From Desulfobacterales bacterium (lineage in GTDB: Bacteria > Desulfobacterota > Desulfobacteria > Desulfobacterales > UBA2245): a stretch of 64,000 bases of DNA. The notes under the pieces are model-generated. The model saw nothing but the letters and a program-made list of their open reading frames with translations, ran no database searches and was not told the DNA's origin. Both the position numbers and the translations under genes were made by a program. How positions within the stretch are numbered: position 1 is the first letter of the stretch; the number at the start of each line of letters is the position of its first letter. This document shows positions 9,647 through 19,500 of the stretch, one piece after another. The stretch lies in contig JAXGZF010000009.1 in the NCBI GenBank assembly GCA_040771865.1, positions 62,001 through 126,000 on the forward strand, read 5' to 3'.

Positions 9647-10975
9647 ATGAAACAGCATCCCCTCATTAAAACCCCTCTTCCAGGTCCACGGGCGGCCAGG
9701 CTCATCGAAACGGACAGCCGTTATGTTTCACCCTCCTACACCCGCATGTATCCCCTGGTGGTGGAAAAAGGCAATGGATCGTGGGTTCAGGACGTCGACG
9801 GCAATTCTTTTCTGGATTTTACCTCCGGCATCGCCGTATGCGCCACAGGCCACTGCCATCCCCGCGTGGTAGAGGCGATCAAGAACCAGGCGGACCGGCT
9901 GATTCACATGTCAGGAACCGATTTTTACTACGGTCCGCAAATTCGTCTGGCCGAAAAACTGGCTTCCCTGATTCCAGGAGACAACCCCAAGAAGGTGTAT
10001 TTTGGAAACTCCGGCGCTGAAGCGGTTGAGGCCGCATTCAAACTGGCCCGCTGGCACACGCGCCGGGATCTGACCATTGCTTTTTACGGCGCCTTTCACG
10101 GCCGGACCATGGGAGCGCTTTCCCTGACGGCCAGCAAAACCATTCAGAAAAAGCACTACAATCCCCTGGTGCCCGGCATCACCCACATTCCTTATGCCTA
10201 CTGCTTTCGATGCGCCTACAACCTCACCTACCCCCGGTGCAATCTGGCCTGCGCCCGATGGGTTGAGGAAACTCTTTTCCGCACCACCCTTCCTCCGGAG
10301 GAAGTGGCCGCGATCATCGTGGAACCCATTCAGGGAGAAGGCGGCTATATTGTTCCACCCCCTGAATTTCACCGGGAACTGTACCGGATCGCCAAAAACT
10401 ACGGCATTCTCTATGTGGCGGACGAGGTTCAGTCAGGCATGGGACGAACCGGAAAAATGTTCGCCATGGAGCATTTTGACGTGATTCCGGACATGATTGC
10501 CCTTGCCAAGGGAATTGCCTCCGGCATGCCGCTGGGCGCCATGGCGGCTCCGGCGGATATCATGAACTGGGAAGCCGGCTCTCATGCCTCGACTTTCGGC
10601 GGAAATCCGATTTCCTGCCAGGCGGCCCTGGCCACCATCGAACTGCTTGAAACGGAGCTGATAACCAACGCGGTCAGACAGGGAGAGCGTCTGATTGAGG
10701 AACTTGGCCGGCTTCAGGAAATTCACGAATGCATCGGAGATGTACGCGGCAAGGGTCTGATGGTCGGCATCGAGCTGGTCGCCGACCGGACCAGCCTGAA
10801 ACCCGCCGCCCGACTGAGAAACGATATTATTCGAAAAGCCTTTGAAAAAGGCTTGCTGCTTCTGGGATGCGGGGCCAACAGCATCCGTTTCTGCCCGGCC
10901 CTGACCATATCCTCCCGTGAAATCGATCTTGGCATAACGATTCTCGATGAGGCAATCCGGGAGACGGCCGAATGA
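9647..10975 (+). CDS. Class III PLP-dependent omega-aminotransferase (GabT/ArgD-like)
   Basis: [41 protein letters not shown] (PLP Lys), STFGGNP. Confidence 0.9.
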   Translation: MKQHPLIKTPLPGPRAARLIETDSRYVSPSYTRMYPLVVEKGNGSWVQDVDGNSFLDFTSGIAVCATGHCHPRVVEAIKNQADRLIHMSGTDFYYGPQIRLAEKLASLIPGDNPKKVYFGNSGAEAVEAAFKLARWHTRRDLTIAFYGAFHGRTMGALSLTASKTIQKKHYNPLVPGITHIPYAYCFRCAYNLTYPRCNLACARWVEETLFRTTLPPEEVAAIIVEPIQGEGGYIVPPPEFHRELYRIAKNYGILYVADEVQSGMGRTGKMFAMEHFDVIPDMIALAKGIASGMPLGAMAAPADIMNWEAGSHASTFGGNPISCQAALATIELLETELITNAVRQGERLIEELGRLQEIHECIGDVRGKGLMVGIELVADRTSLKPAARLRNDIIRKAFEKGLLLLGCGANSIRFCPALTISSREIDLGITILDEAIRETAE

Positions 10976-11006
10976 GATCAGATCTTCGGCCCGCAAAGGC
11001 AAAGTC

Positions 11007-12551
11007 ATGAACACGATTCTGAACCGTCTGGGTTTGACCCGAACGCTCTCCGGCGTCGGTTCCGGAACCTGGCTATCCGGACAGGGCGCCACGGTTTCGG
11101 CGGTTTCGCCGATCGACGGCAAACCGTTTGCAAAGGTCCGATGCGCCGACGCAAGCGAATACGACCGGATCTCTCGAACCGCTGCTGAGGCTTTTTTGAA
11201 ATGGCGGGCGGTTCCAGCCCCCCGTCGCGGCGAGATCGTGCGGAAAATCGGAATGGCCCTGCGCAGCGCCAAGGCGGATCTAGGCGCACTGATCACCCTT
11301 GAGGTGGGTAAAATCCGTGACGAAGCCGAAGGCGAGGTTCAGGAAATGATCGACATGGCGGATTTTGCCGTCGGTCAATCACGGATGCTATACGGCCTGA
11401 CCATGCACAGCGAAAGGCCCGGCCACCGCATGTTCGAGCAGTGGCACCCGCTGGGACCCGTCGGCGTGATCACCGCATTCAATTTCCCCGCGGCCGTCTG
11501 GTCCTGGAATTCCCTGATCGCCCTGATCACCGGAAACACGGTAATCTGGAAGCCTTCCTCCAAGGCGCTTGTCACCGCAGCAGCCATTACCGCCATCGTC
11601 TGGCGCGTGCTGAGTGAAAACGGTCTTCCTGACGGCATCGTCAATCTGGTTTCCGGCAACCGCGATGAGGTGGGGAAAAAACTGCTTCAGGATACAGGAA
11701 TTCCTCTGGTATCGGCGACCGGAAGCGTCGCCATGGGTCGGGAGGCGGCTCGAACCGTATCGCGGCGTCTGGGGAAAACCATTCTGGAGCTGGGCGGCAA
11801 CAATGCCGTCATCGTAACGGCCAACGCGGATCTGAATCTGGCCGTACGCGCCATTGTGTTCGGCGCCGTGGGAACCGCCGGACAGCGCTGCACCACCACC
11901 CGGCGGGCAATTGTTCATGAAAGCATCTTTGACGCTCTTTCCCGGGCGCTGATTCACGCCTACCGGCAGATTTGCATCGGTGATCCCCGCAAACCGGAAA
12001 CCCTGATGGGGCCTTTGATCGACTCGGCCGCCGTCGAACGAATGCAGAAGACCCTGCAAAAGATCCAGGCCCAGGGGGGCCGGATTCTTTGCGGGGGAAA
12101 AAAACTTTCCGGAGGTATTTTTGACGCCGGAACCTATGTCGTTCCCTGCATCTGCGAAGCGAATCCCGACATGTCTGTTGTCGCCGAGGAGACCTTTGCA
12201 CCGATCCTGTATCTGATGCCCTATTCGACCCTGGATCAGGCCATCTCCATTCAGAACGCGGTTCCCCAGGGACTTTCATCGGCCATTTTTACCAATGATC
12301 TGCTGGAAGCCGAGACCTTTCTCGGCTGTGCCGGAAGCGACTGCGGCATCGCCAATGTCAATGCGGGCACATCCGGCGCCGAGATCGGAGGTGCTTTCGG
12401 AGGGGAAAAACATACCGGCGGCGGCCGGGAAGCGGGTTCCGACGCATGGAAGGCTTATATGCGCCGCCAGACCTGCGTCGTCAACGCATCCGGATCGCTT
12501 CCGCTTTCCCAGGGCATCCGCTTTCAGTTGGATTCATCAGAATCCCAATGA
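11007..12551 (+). CDS. Aldehyde dehydrogenase family 7 (alpha-aminoadipic semialdehyde / piperideine-6-carboxylate dehydrogenase-like)
   Basis: ERPGHRMFEQWHPLG, ITAFNFP.AVWSWN, LELGGNNA, GTAGQRCTT, GGGREAGSDAWKAYMRRQT ALDH7 motifs. Start moved to ATG 11007. Confidence 0.88.
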   Translation: MNTILNRLGLTRTLSGVGSGTWLSGQGATVSAVSPIDGKPFAKVRCADASEYDRISRTAAEAFLKWRAVPAPRRGEIVRKIGMALRSAKADLGALITLEVGKIRDEAEGEVQEMIDMADFAVGQSRMLYGLTMHSERPGHRMFEQWHPLGPVGVITAFNFPAAVWSWNSLIALITGNTVIWKPSSKALVTAAAITAIVWRVLSENGLPDGIVNLVSGNRDEVGKKLLQDTGIPLVSATGSVAMGREAARTVSRRLGKTILELGGNNAVIVTANADLNLAVRAIVFGAVGTAGQRCTTTRRAIVHESIFDALSRALIHAYRQICIGDPRKPETLMGPLIDSAAVERMQKTLQKIQAQGGRILCGGKKLSGGIFDAGTYVVPCICEANPDMSVVAEETFAPILYLMPYSTLDQAISIQNAVPQGLSSAIFTNDLLEAETFLGCAGSDCGIANVNAGTSGAEIGGAFGGEKHTGGGREAGSDAWKAYMRRQTCVVNASGSLPLSQGIRFQLDSSESQ

Positions 12552-12628
12552 ACCCATGGCTTTCAACCGCCCGGACCTGATTTTCCAGTTGCGGCCCGGG
12601 TATTCAAAAATACGATCAGGAGTCTGTT

Positions 12629-13744
12629 TTGTCGCATTGCACAACGGAAAGAATTCAAAAGATCAGAGAACGTCTCGGCAAATCCGATCTCGACACCTTC
12701 TGGGTGCTGGCCGAGGAAAACCGGCATTATCTGAGCGGCTTTCAGGGCGAAGACGGCCAGTTCGACGAATCCGCGGGCGTACTGTTCATCACCGCGGACC
12801 GGTGCGTTCTGGCCACGGATTCCCGCTTTGAACTTCAGGCCAGGGCCGAAGCCCCCGGCTTCGAGGTGTTCTGCTACAGAAAAAGCCTTGCGGATTCGAT
12901 ATCCGAAATCTTTGCCGACCTGAAAACAAGAAAGGTCGGATTCGAGAGTGCACGCATGTCCGTGGCCCAGCACGAAAAGATCACCGGACGTCTGAAGGAA
13001 GACGGGATTTCGGTTCAGATGACCTCAACCCAGGGGTGGGTGGAAGAACTCCGATCTATCAAGGATGAAGCGGAAATTCAGGCGATTCGAAAGGCGCTGA
13101 ACCTGGCCGAAACCGCCTTCTCGAACATCCTGCCCGGAATCAAGCCCGAAATGACCGAAAAGCAGCTCGCCTGGTCCCTGGAAAAAGCCATGCGGGAAGC
13201 CGGTGCGGACGAACTTTCATTTCCCGTCATTGCGGCGGCGGGTCCCAACAGCGCCCTGCCCCACGCAATTGCGGGCAATCGCCGCATAAAAGCCGGCGAA
13301 CCGATACTTCTGGACTGGGGCGCCCGTCTGGACGGCTATTGCTCGGATATTTCCAGAACCCTGATTCGGGGAACACCGGACAAAAACTTTAAAACCCTGT
13401 ACCCCATTGTTCGGGAGGCTCAGCAAAAGGCCATCGAATCGATCCGGCCCGGCATCGACGCCCGCGAGGTCGATCAGATCGCCCGGAATCATATTGCCCG
13501 AATGGGGTACGGAGAATACTTCGGTCACAGTCTTGGACACGGGGTCGGGCTGCGCGTTCACGAACATCCCCGTCTGGGCCCCTCCAGCGATCAGACGCTG
13601 GTTCCGGGCATGGTCGCCACCGTCGAACCGGGCGTCTATCTGCCCCAATGGGGAGGTATTCGAATCGAAAACATGGTCTGGATCCGTGAAGACGGCCCGG
13701 AGGTTCTCAATTCGCTCGACACCGACATGAAATGTCTTGAATGA
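12629..13744 (+). CDS. Xaa-Pro peptidase (M24B)
   Basis: Creatinase N-domain; ALPH, D.GA...GYCSDISRT, HSLGHGVGL.VHE, TVEPGVY, GIRIEN. Confidence 0.92.
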   Translation: MSHCTTERIQKIRERLGKSDLDTFWVLAEENRHYLSGFQGEDGQFDESAGVLFITADRCVLATDSRFELQARAEAPGFEVFCYRKSLADSISEIFADLKTRKVGFESARMSVAQHEKITGRLKEDGISVQMTSTQGWVEELRSIKDEAEIQAIRKALNLAETAFSNILPGIKPEMTEKQLAWSLEKAMREAGADELSFPVIAAAGPNSALPHAIAGNRRIKAGEPILLDWGARLDGYCSDISRTLIRGTPDKNFKTLYPIVREAQQKAIESIRPGIDAREVDQIARNHIARMGYGEYFGHSLGHGVGLRVHEHPRLGPSSDQTLVPGMVATVEPGVYLPQWGGIRIENMVWIREDGPEVLNSLDTDMKCLE

Positions 13745-13753
13745 GGAACCCTG

Positions 13754-14671
13754 ATGAGCCAGAATGCATTGCCGCCTTTTGCACCGGACGCCCTGGTCGA
13801 TCAGTATCTGAACTATCTGCGCGTTGAAAAGGGGCTGGCTTCTCAGACCATCGAGGCTTACAGCCGGGATCTGACCCGTTATCTGGATTTTCTGCATCGA
13901 AACGCAGTGAATGTGATTGCAGAAACGGATGCCTCGATGATTCTCAGGCATCTGATCGAACTGCGCAGCGAGGGACTGGCCGCAAGATCCAGGGCCCGCC
14001 ATCTGGTGGCGCTGCGGGGATTTTACCGGTTCTGCTTTCAGGAAAAGATCCTGTCCGAGGATCCGGCCCGAATGGTGGATCTACCCAAGATCGGGTTCAA
14101 GCTTCCCGATGTCCTGTCCGTTGAGGAAATCCATGCGCTGCTTCAGAGTCCCGACCCGTCGAGCCCTCAGGGGATTCGAGACGCCGCCATGCTGGAGCTG
14201 TTGTATGCCGCCGGACTACGGGTTTCCGAACTGATCGGAATGCGGGTTTCGGATGTGAATCTGGAAGCGGGTTTTGTCCGCGTCACGGGAAAAGGCGCCA
14301 AGCAGCGGCTGGTTCCCATTGGACAGTACGCCAGGGAAAAGATTCTGATCTATCTTCAGAACGCCCGCAGCCGGCTGATTCGTAGGGGGGCCAGTATTTA
14401 TCTGTTTATCGGCCGCCAGGGAAAACCGCTGACCCGCCAGGGATTCTGGAAACTGCTGAAACGCTACGGCCGGCAGACCGGCATTGAAAAACAGCTGACC
14501 CCGCATTCCTTCCGGCACTCTTTTGCCACCCATCTGCTGGAAGGAGGTGCGGATCTGAGAGCCGTTCAGATCATGCTCGGGCATGTGGACATTTCAACGA
14601 CCCAGATCTACACTCATGTAGCAAATGATCAGTTAAAGCAGACGCATCGAAAATTTCATCCCAGAGGCTGA
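13754..14671 (+). CDS. xerD: Tyrosine recombinase XerD
   Basis: RDAAMLELLYAAGLRVSEL, GKGAKQRLVP, TRQGFW, PHSFRHSFATHLLEGGADLRAVQIMLGHVDISTTQIYTHV. Confidence 0.93.
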   Translation: MSQNALPPFAPDALVDQYLNYLRVEKGLASQTIEAYSRDLTRYLDFLHRNAVNVIAETDASMILRHLIELRSEGLAARSRARHLVALRGFYRFCFQEKILSEDPARMVDLPKIGFKLPDVLSVEEIHALLQSPDPSSPQGIRDAAMLELLYAAGLRVSELIGMRVSDVNLEAGFVRVTGKGAKQRLVPIGQYAREKILIYLQNARSRLIRRGASIYLFIGRQGKPLTRQGFWKLLKRYGRQTGIEKQLTPHSFRHSFATHLLEGGADLRAVQIMLGHVDISTTQIYTHVANDQLKQTHRKFHPRG

Positions 14672-14719
14672 TCGGCAAGGTTTTCCGGCCTTCTTGAACC
14701 TCAAATTCGCCCAGGGTTC

Positions 14720-14748
14720 TTGACACTTCCAGACGGATCGAGTAAGTT
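14720..14748 (+). promoter_or_regulatory. Sigma70-type promoter of pfaD-pfaA
   Basis: TTGACA (14720-14725), 17-nt spacer, TAAGTT (14743-14748). Confidence 0.55.
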
Positions 14749-14836
14749 TAACATTTTCGGAAAGCCATCGCACCCATGCCGGTTTTTTGGCCCGGGAATC
14801 CTTGGTTTGACTTAAATTCATCGAAAAGAGATCGAA

Positions 14837-16513
14837 TTGAACAAAGCGGCAAACCCTTTGAAATCAGTCTGGTGGAAACCCGGTAAAATTCTGCCCGCTT
14901 CAGGACAGGAGGAGATTCATCAGGCCCTGTTGCAGCTGAGTTCCCCTTTTTGCCTGATTCGGGACGGCCACAGCGTTCGTCTGGGCCAAAGCGGCGGCAT
15001 TCGGCTGGAAGGCACGGCAAGGGAAAATTTCGAATACCCCCTTCTGGCCTATGCGCCCGCTTTTCTTCCCGAAAATCTCGGAAACGCCGACTTCCGCCAT
15101 ACATACGGCCTTCGCTATCCGTACATTGCCGGCGCCATGGCCAACGGGATCACTTCCGTTGCCATGGTCAAAGCCATGGCCCATGCCGGAATGATGGGAT
15201 TTTTCGGCGCAGCCGGTCTGGGGCTGGATAAAATCGAACAGGCCGTTGACGATCTTCAAAGGGATTTGAAAAACCTGCCTTTCGGAATCAACCTCATTCA
15301 CAGCCCCGGTGATCCGGCGCATGAATCCGCCGTGGTCGATCTGTTTCTGAAAAAACGGATTCGACACATCAGCGCCTCCGCCTATCTGGATCTCAGTCTT
15401 CCCCTGGTGTATTACCGGGTCAAGGGCATTCGGCGCGACGCGCAGACCGGAAGCGCGGTGTGCGACCACCATGTCTTTGCAAAGGTCTCCCGCGTGGAGG
15501 TGGCGGAAAAGTTCTTCTCTCCGCCGCCCAAAAAGCATATCGACCGCCTGGTCGAACAGGGGTTGATTACCCGGGAACAGGCCGATCTGTCCGCATCGGT
15601 TCCCATGGCGAACGCGCTGACCGCTGAGGCGGATTCCGGCGGACATACCGACAACCGGCCGGCCATATCCCTGTTTCCGACCATGACAGCCCTTAGAGAC
15701 GAGGTGGTCCGGCGTCATGGATATGCGCAACCCATCTGGATCGGCCTTGCAGGCGGAGTTTCAACGCCCGCCGCAACGGCCGCCGCATTTGCCATGGGCG
15801 CCGCATACGTGGTGACCGGATCCGTCAACCAGGCCTGCATCGAGGCGGGAACCTCCGAGATCGTCCGCCGAATGCTGGCCGAAACCCGCCAGGCCGATGT
15901 GATCATGGCCCCTTCGGCGGACATGTTTGAAATGGGCGTCAAGGTTCAGGTACTCAAACGCGGAACCCTTTTTGCCCTGAGAGCCGCCAAACTGTACGAA
16001 CTCTTCACCCGGTACGAGCGTTACGAGGATATTCCGGAAAAACAGCGGCAGATCCTTGAGCGCGATTTCTTCCGTAAAAGTTTTCAGGAAGAATGGGAGC
16101 AGACCCGGGCGTTTTTCGCCCGCCGGGATCCCAGACAGATCGCCCTGGGGGAAAAAGATTCAAAGCACAAGATGGCGCTGGTGTTCCGTTCCTATCTGGG
16201 CCAGTCGTCCATGTGGGCGATTCAGGGCGACCCATCGCGCAAGATGGATTACCAGATCTGGTGCGGACCCTCCCTGGGCGCTTTCAACCAGTGGGTCAAG
16301 GGCTCTTTTCTGGAAAATCCCGACCATCGGGATGTGACGACCGTTGCCATGAATCTTCTGGTCGGGGCCTGCGTTGCGGCCCGCGCCGGCTGGATTCGAA
16401 GCCAGGGCGTCGCTCTGCCCGAATCAGCAGGACGATTTTCACCCATGACCCTTTCCGATATCAATACGCTGCTGGCGAATCAGAGGATAACCGATGACCA
16501 AACAAACCCGTAA
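14837..16513 (+). CDS. pfaD: PfaD-family FMN-dependent trans-enoyl reductase
   Basis: YIAGAMANGI, FGAAGL, INLIHSP, SASAY, AKVSRVEVA, AEADSGGHTDNRP, DMFEMGVKVQVLKRGT, DYQIWCGP. Confidence 0.92.
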   Translation: MNKAANPLKSVWWKPGKILPASGQEEIHQALLQLSSPFCLIRDGHSVRLGQSGGIRLEGTARENFEYPLLAYAPAFLPENLGNADFRHTYGLRYPYIAGAMANGITSVAMVKAMAHAGMMGFFGAAGLGLDKIEQAVDDLQRDLKNLPFGINLIHSPGDPAHESAVVDLFLKKRIRHISASAYLDLSLPLVYYRVKGIRRDAQTGSAVCDHHVFAKVSRVEVAEKFFSPPPKKHIDRLVEQGLITREQADLSASVPMANALTAEADSGGHTDNRPAISLFPTMTALRDEVVRRHGYAQPIWIGLAGGVSTPAATAAAFAMGAAYVVTGSVNQACIEAGTSEIVRRMLAETRQADVIMAPSADMFEMGVKVQVLKRGTLFALRAAKLYELFTRYERYEDIPEKQRQILERDFFRKSFQEEWEQTRAFFARRDPRQIALGEKDSKHKMALVFRSYLGQSSMWAIQGDPSRKMDYQIWCGPSLGAFNQWVKGSFLENPDHRDVTTVAMNLLVGACVAARAGWIRSQGVALPESAGRFSPMTLSDINTLLANQRITDDQTNP

Positions 16514-19500
16514 AAACCCGCCGATTGCCATTATCGGCATGGGCTGTTTCTTTCCCGAAGCAGCGGGCCTTAAGGCTTACTGGCGCTTACTGTTTCAGGG
16601 CATTGATGCCGTAACCGACATTCCGGAAAATACCCACTGGTCGGCCGCCGATTATTACGACTCGGATCCGGGCAAAACCGATCGGGTCTGCTGCAAACGC
16701 GGCGGGTTTCTTTCCCCCGTGATGTTCGATCCGGCCGAATTCGGCATTCCGCCGGCCGTTCTCGAGGCAACGGACACCTCGCAGCTGCTGGGGCTGGCGG
16801 CGGCCAGGGCCGCTCTGCGGGATGCCGGATACGATGATGCCGGAGATTTTGACCGGGACCGGACCAGCGTGATTCTCGGAGTCACCGGCACCCAGGAACT
16901 CGTGATTCCACTAAGTTCCCGCCTGGGATACCCGAAGTGGGAAAAAGCCCTGAAAAATGCGGGAATTCCGGCGCAGACCATTTCACAGATCATCGAAGAC
17001 ATCTCCGGCGCCTATGTGCCCTGGCAGGAGAACTCCTTTCCAGGACTGCTGGGCAACGTGGTGGCCGGCCGAATCTGCAACCGTCTGAATATCGGAGGAA
17101 CCAACTGCGTGGTGGACGCGGCCTGCGCCAGCTCCATGGGCGCCCTGCATCTGGCACTGATGGAACTTTACACCGGGAAAAGCGATATGGCGGTGACCGG
17201 CGGCGTGGACACGCTCAACGACATATTCATGCACATGTGCTTTTCCAAATCTTCCGTTTTGTCCCGCTCGGGAGACGCCAGACCGTTTTCGAAACATGCC
17301 GACGGAACCGTTCTCGGCGAAGGCGTCGGCCTGATCGTACTCAAACGGCTGGACGATGCGGAAAAAGACGGCGACCGGATCTATGCGGTCATTCGCGGCG
17401 TGGGATCCTCCAGCGACGGAAAATTCCAGAGCATATACGCCCCCCGAATGGACGGCCAGATCAAGGCCCTCAGGGCCGCCTACGATGCAGCCCGCGTATC
17501 TCCGGCCACTGTGGGTCTGATTGAAGCCCACGGAACCGGCACCCGGGTGGGAGACCAGGTGGAATTCAACGCGCTGTGCAAGGTTTACGGCCCTGAAATG
17601 CCAGAAGGCCGGCGCAGCGCGCTGGGATCGGTCAAATCCATGATCGGCCACACCAAGGCGGCCGCAGGCTCTGCCGGCCTGATCAAGGCGGTGCTTTCCC
17701 TGCACCACAAAACCCTTCCTCCGACCCTGAAAGCCGATGAACCGGACCCCAACCTGAATATCGAGAACAGTCCTCTGTATCTGAACACGGCAACACGCCC
17801 CTGGTTCGGCGCTCCGGATCACCCGAGACGCGCCGCGGTCAGCGCCTTCGGATTCGGCGGAAGCAATTTTCACGCGGTTCTCGAAGAATACCGCGCCGAT
17901 AAAACCCATATTTCCTGGGACGGATCCGTTCAGATTCTTGCCTTTGGCGCACAGAGTCCGGAATCGCTTTGTACAAAGCTTCAGGAATTTGAATCCCGGC
18001 TTTTCAAAAATCCTGAAGACGCTTTTTCCAGAATGGCGCATGAAACCCGCCAGTCGTTTTCCGCGCAGGCCCCCTGCCGTCTGCTCATGGTCATTCAGGA
18101 TCCGGCGGACCTGTCCCGGCGGATTGCTAAAGCCCTGGACGCCATTACTTCTCATGGTTTGAACCCGTTTGGCATCTCCGATATTTATTACGGCAGCGGG
18201 AAAACGCCCGGGAAAATCGGCTTTGCTTTCCCCGGCCAGGGAAGCCAGTACCTTGCCATGGGGCGGGACCTGACATGCATTTTTCCACAGGCCATGAAAC
18301 GCCTGGAGGCGGCGGATGCAAAATTCGGCTCTCTGACGGACCGGATCTATCCGATTCCGGCGTACTCCAATGAATCGAAAATAGAGCAGGAAAAGGCTCT
18401 TCGCCGTACCGACGCGGCCCAGCCCGCCATCGGCGCCGTCAGCATGGCCATGTTCGATATTCTGGAATACTTCGGCATTCGGCCGGACGCCGTGTGCGGT
18501 CACAGCTACGGAGAACTCTGCGCCCTTCATGCGGCCGGACGCATCGATGCGGATGCGTTGCTGAATCTTTCCATTCTTCGCGGCCGCCTGATGGCCGAGG
18601 CCGGCGCCAAGCATGCCGAAGGCGCCATGGCGGCAGTTAAGGCCCCCCTGAAAGAGATCGAAAGGATCATTCGGGATTTTTCACTGAACGTGATCCTGGC
18701 CAACCGCAACAGTCCGGACCAGGGGGTCCTTTCAGGCAGCATCGAGGCGCTGACGAACGCGGAGGAAATTTTCCGGAAAAACGGCCTCGAAGCCGCGCGA
18801 CTCCCGGTTTCCGCCGCTTTTCACAGCCCACTGATGCAGGAGGCTCAAAAGCCTTTTGCCGACGCGCTGAAACAAATCGAATTTGCAAAAGCAATAATTC
18901 CGGTCTATTCCAATGTTTCCGGCCGGCAATACCCGGAAGACAGTCAGGCCGCCCGGAAACTTCTGGCCGACCAGATTCTGAATCCCGTCGACTTTCTCGG
19001 CAACATCGAAAACCTGTTCGCCTTTGGCGTGAGAACCTTTGTCGAGGTTGGGCCCAAGGCGGTTCTGACCGGTCTGACTCGATCGATTCTCAAGGACCGG
19101 AACGCCGTCGCGATCGCCGTGGACGGCTCGTTAGGGCAGCGATCGGGCATCGTCGATCTGGCAAGAATCCTAAGCCATCTGGCTGCGATGGGATATTCGG
19201 CGGATCTGACCCGATGGGAAGACGTTCCAGTGGAAAACCGGCCGCAACGCATGCGCATTCCGGTGTGCGGCGCCAATTTTCAGCCCAAGCCGATTTCAGA
19301 GAAACCCGCACCGCCTCAGCCGGCCGGCCCACTGGTGCAGACCGAACCGGTTCATGGTCTTAAAACGCGGCAAACGACATCGAAACCCGCTGCGCAAACG
19401 CCGCAATTCGAACAACCGGTGAATTCAGGATTTTCTGATATGACGCAATCACCTGAAAAAAAACTCGATACCCGAACGCAGCAGCCTGAATCCCTCTCTT

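Noticed and set aside
13754..14671. Tyrosine recombinase as the integrase of an island carrying pfaD-pfaA
   Set aside because: The sequence has canonical XerD motifs and is operonic with a housekeeping peptidase; I saw no att repeats, tRNA or phage genes.
16983..18614. Long antisense ORFs (also 7142-8398, 38484-40280, 52309-53907, 56770-57999)
   Set aside because: Shadow frames opposite well-supported genes in GC-rich DNA, with no recognisable motifs.
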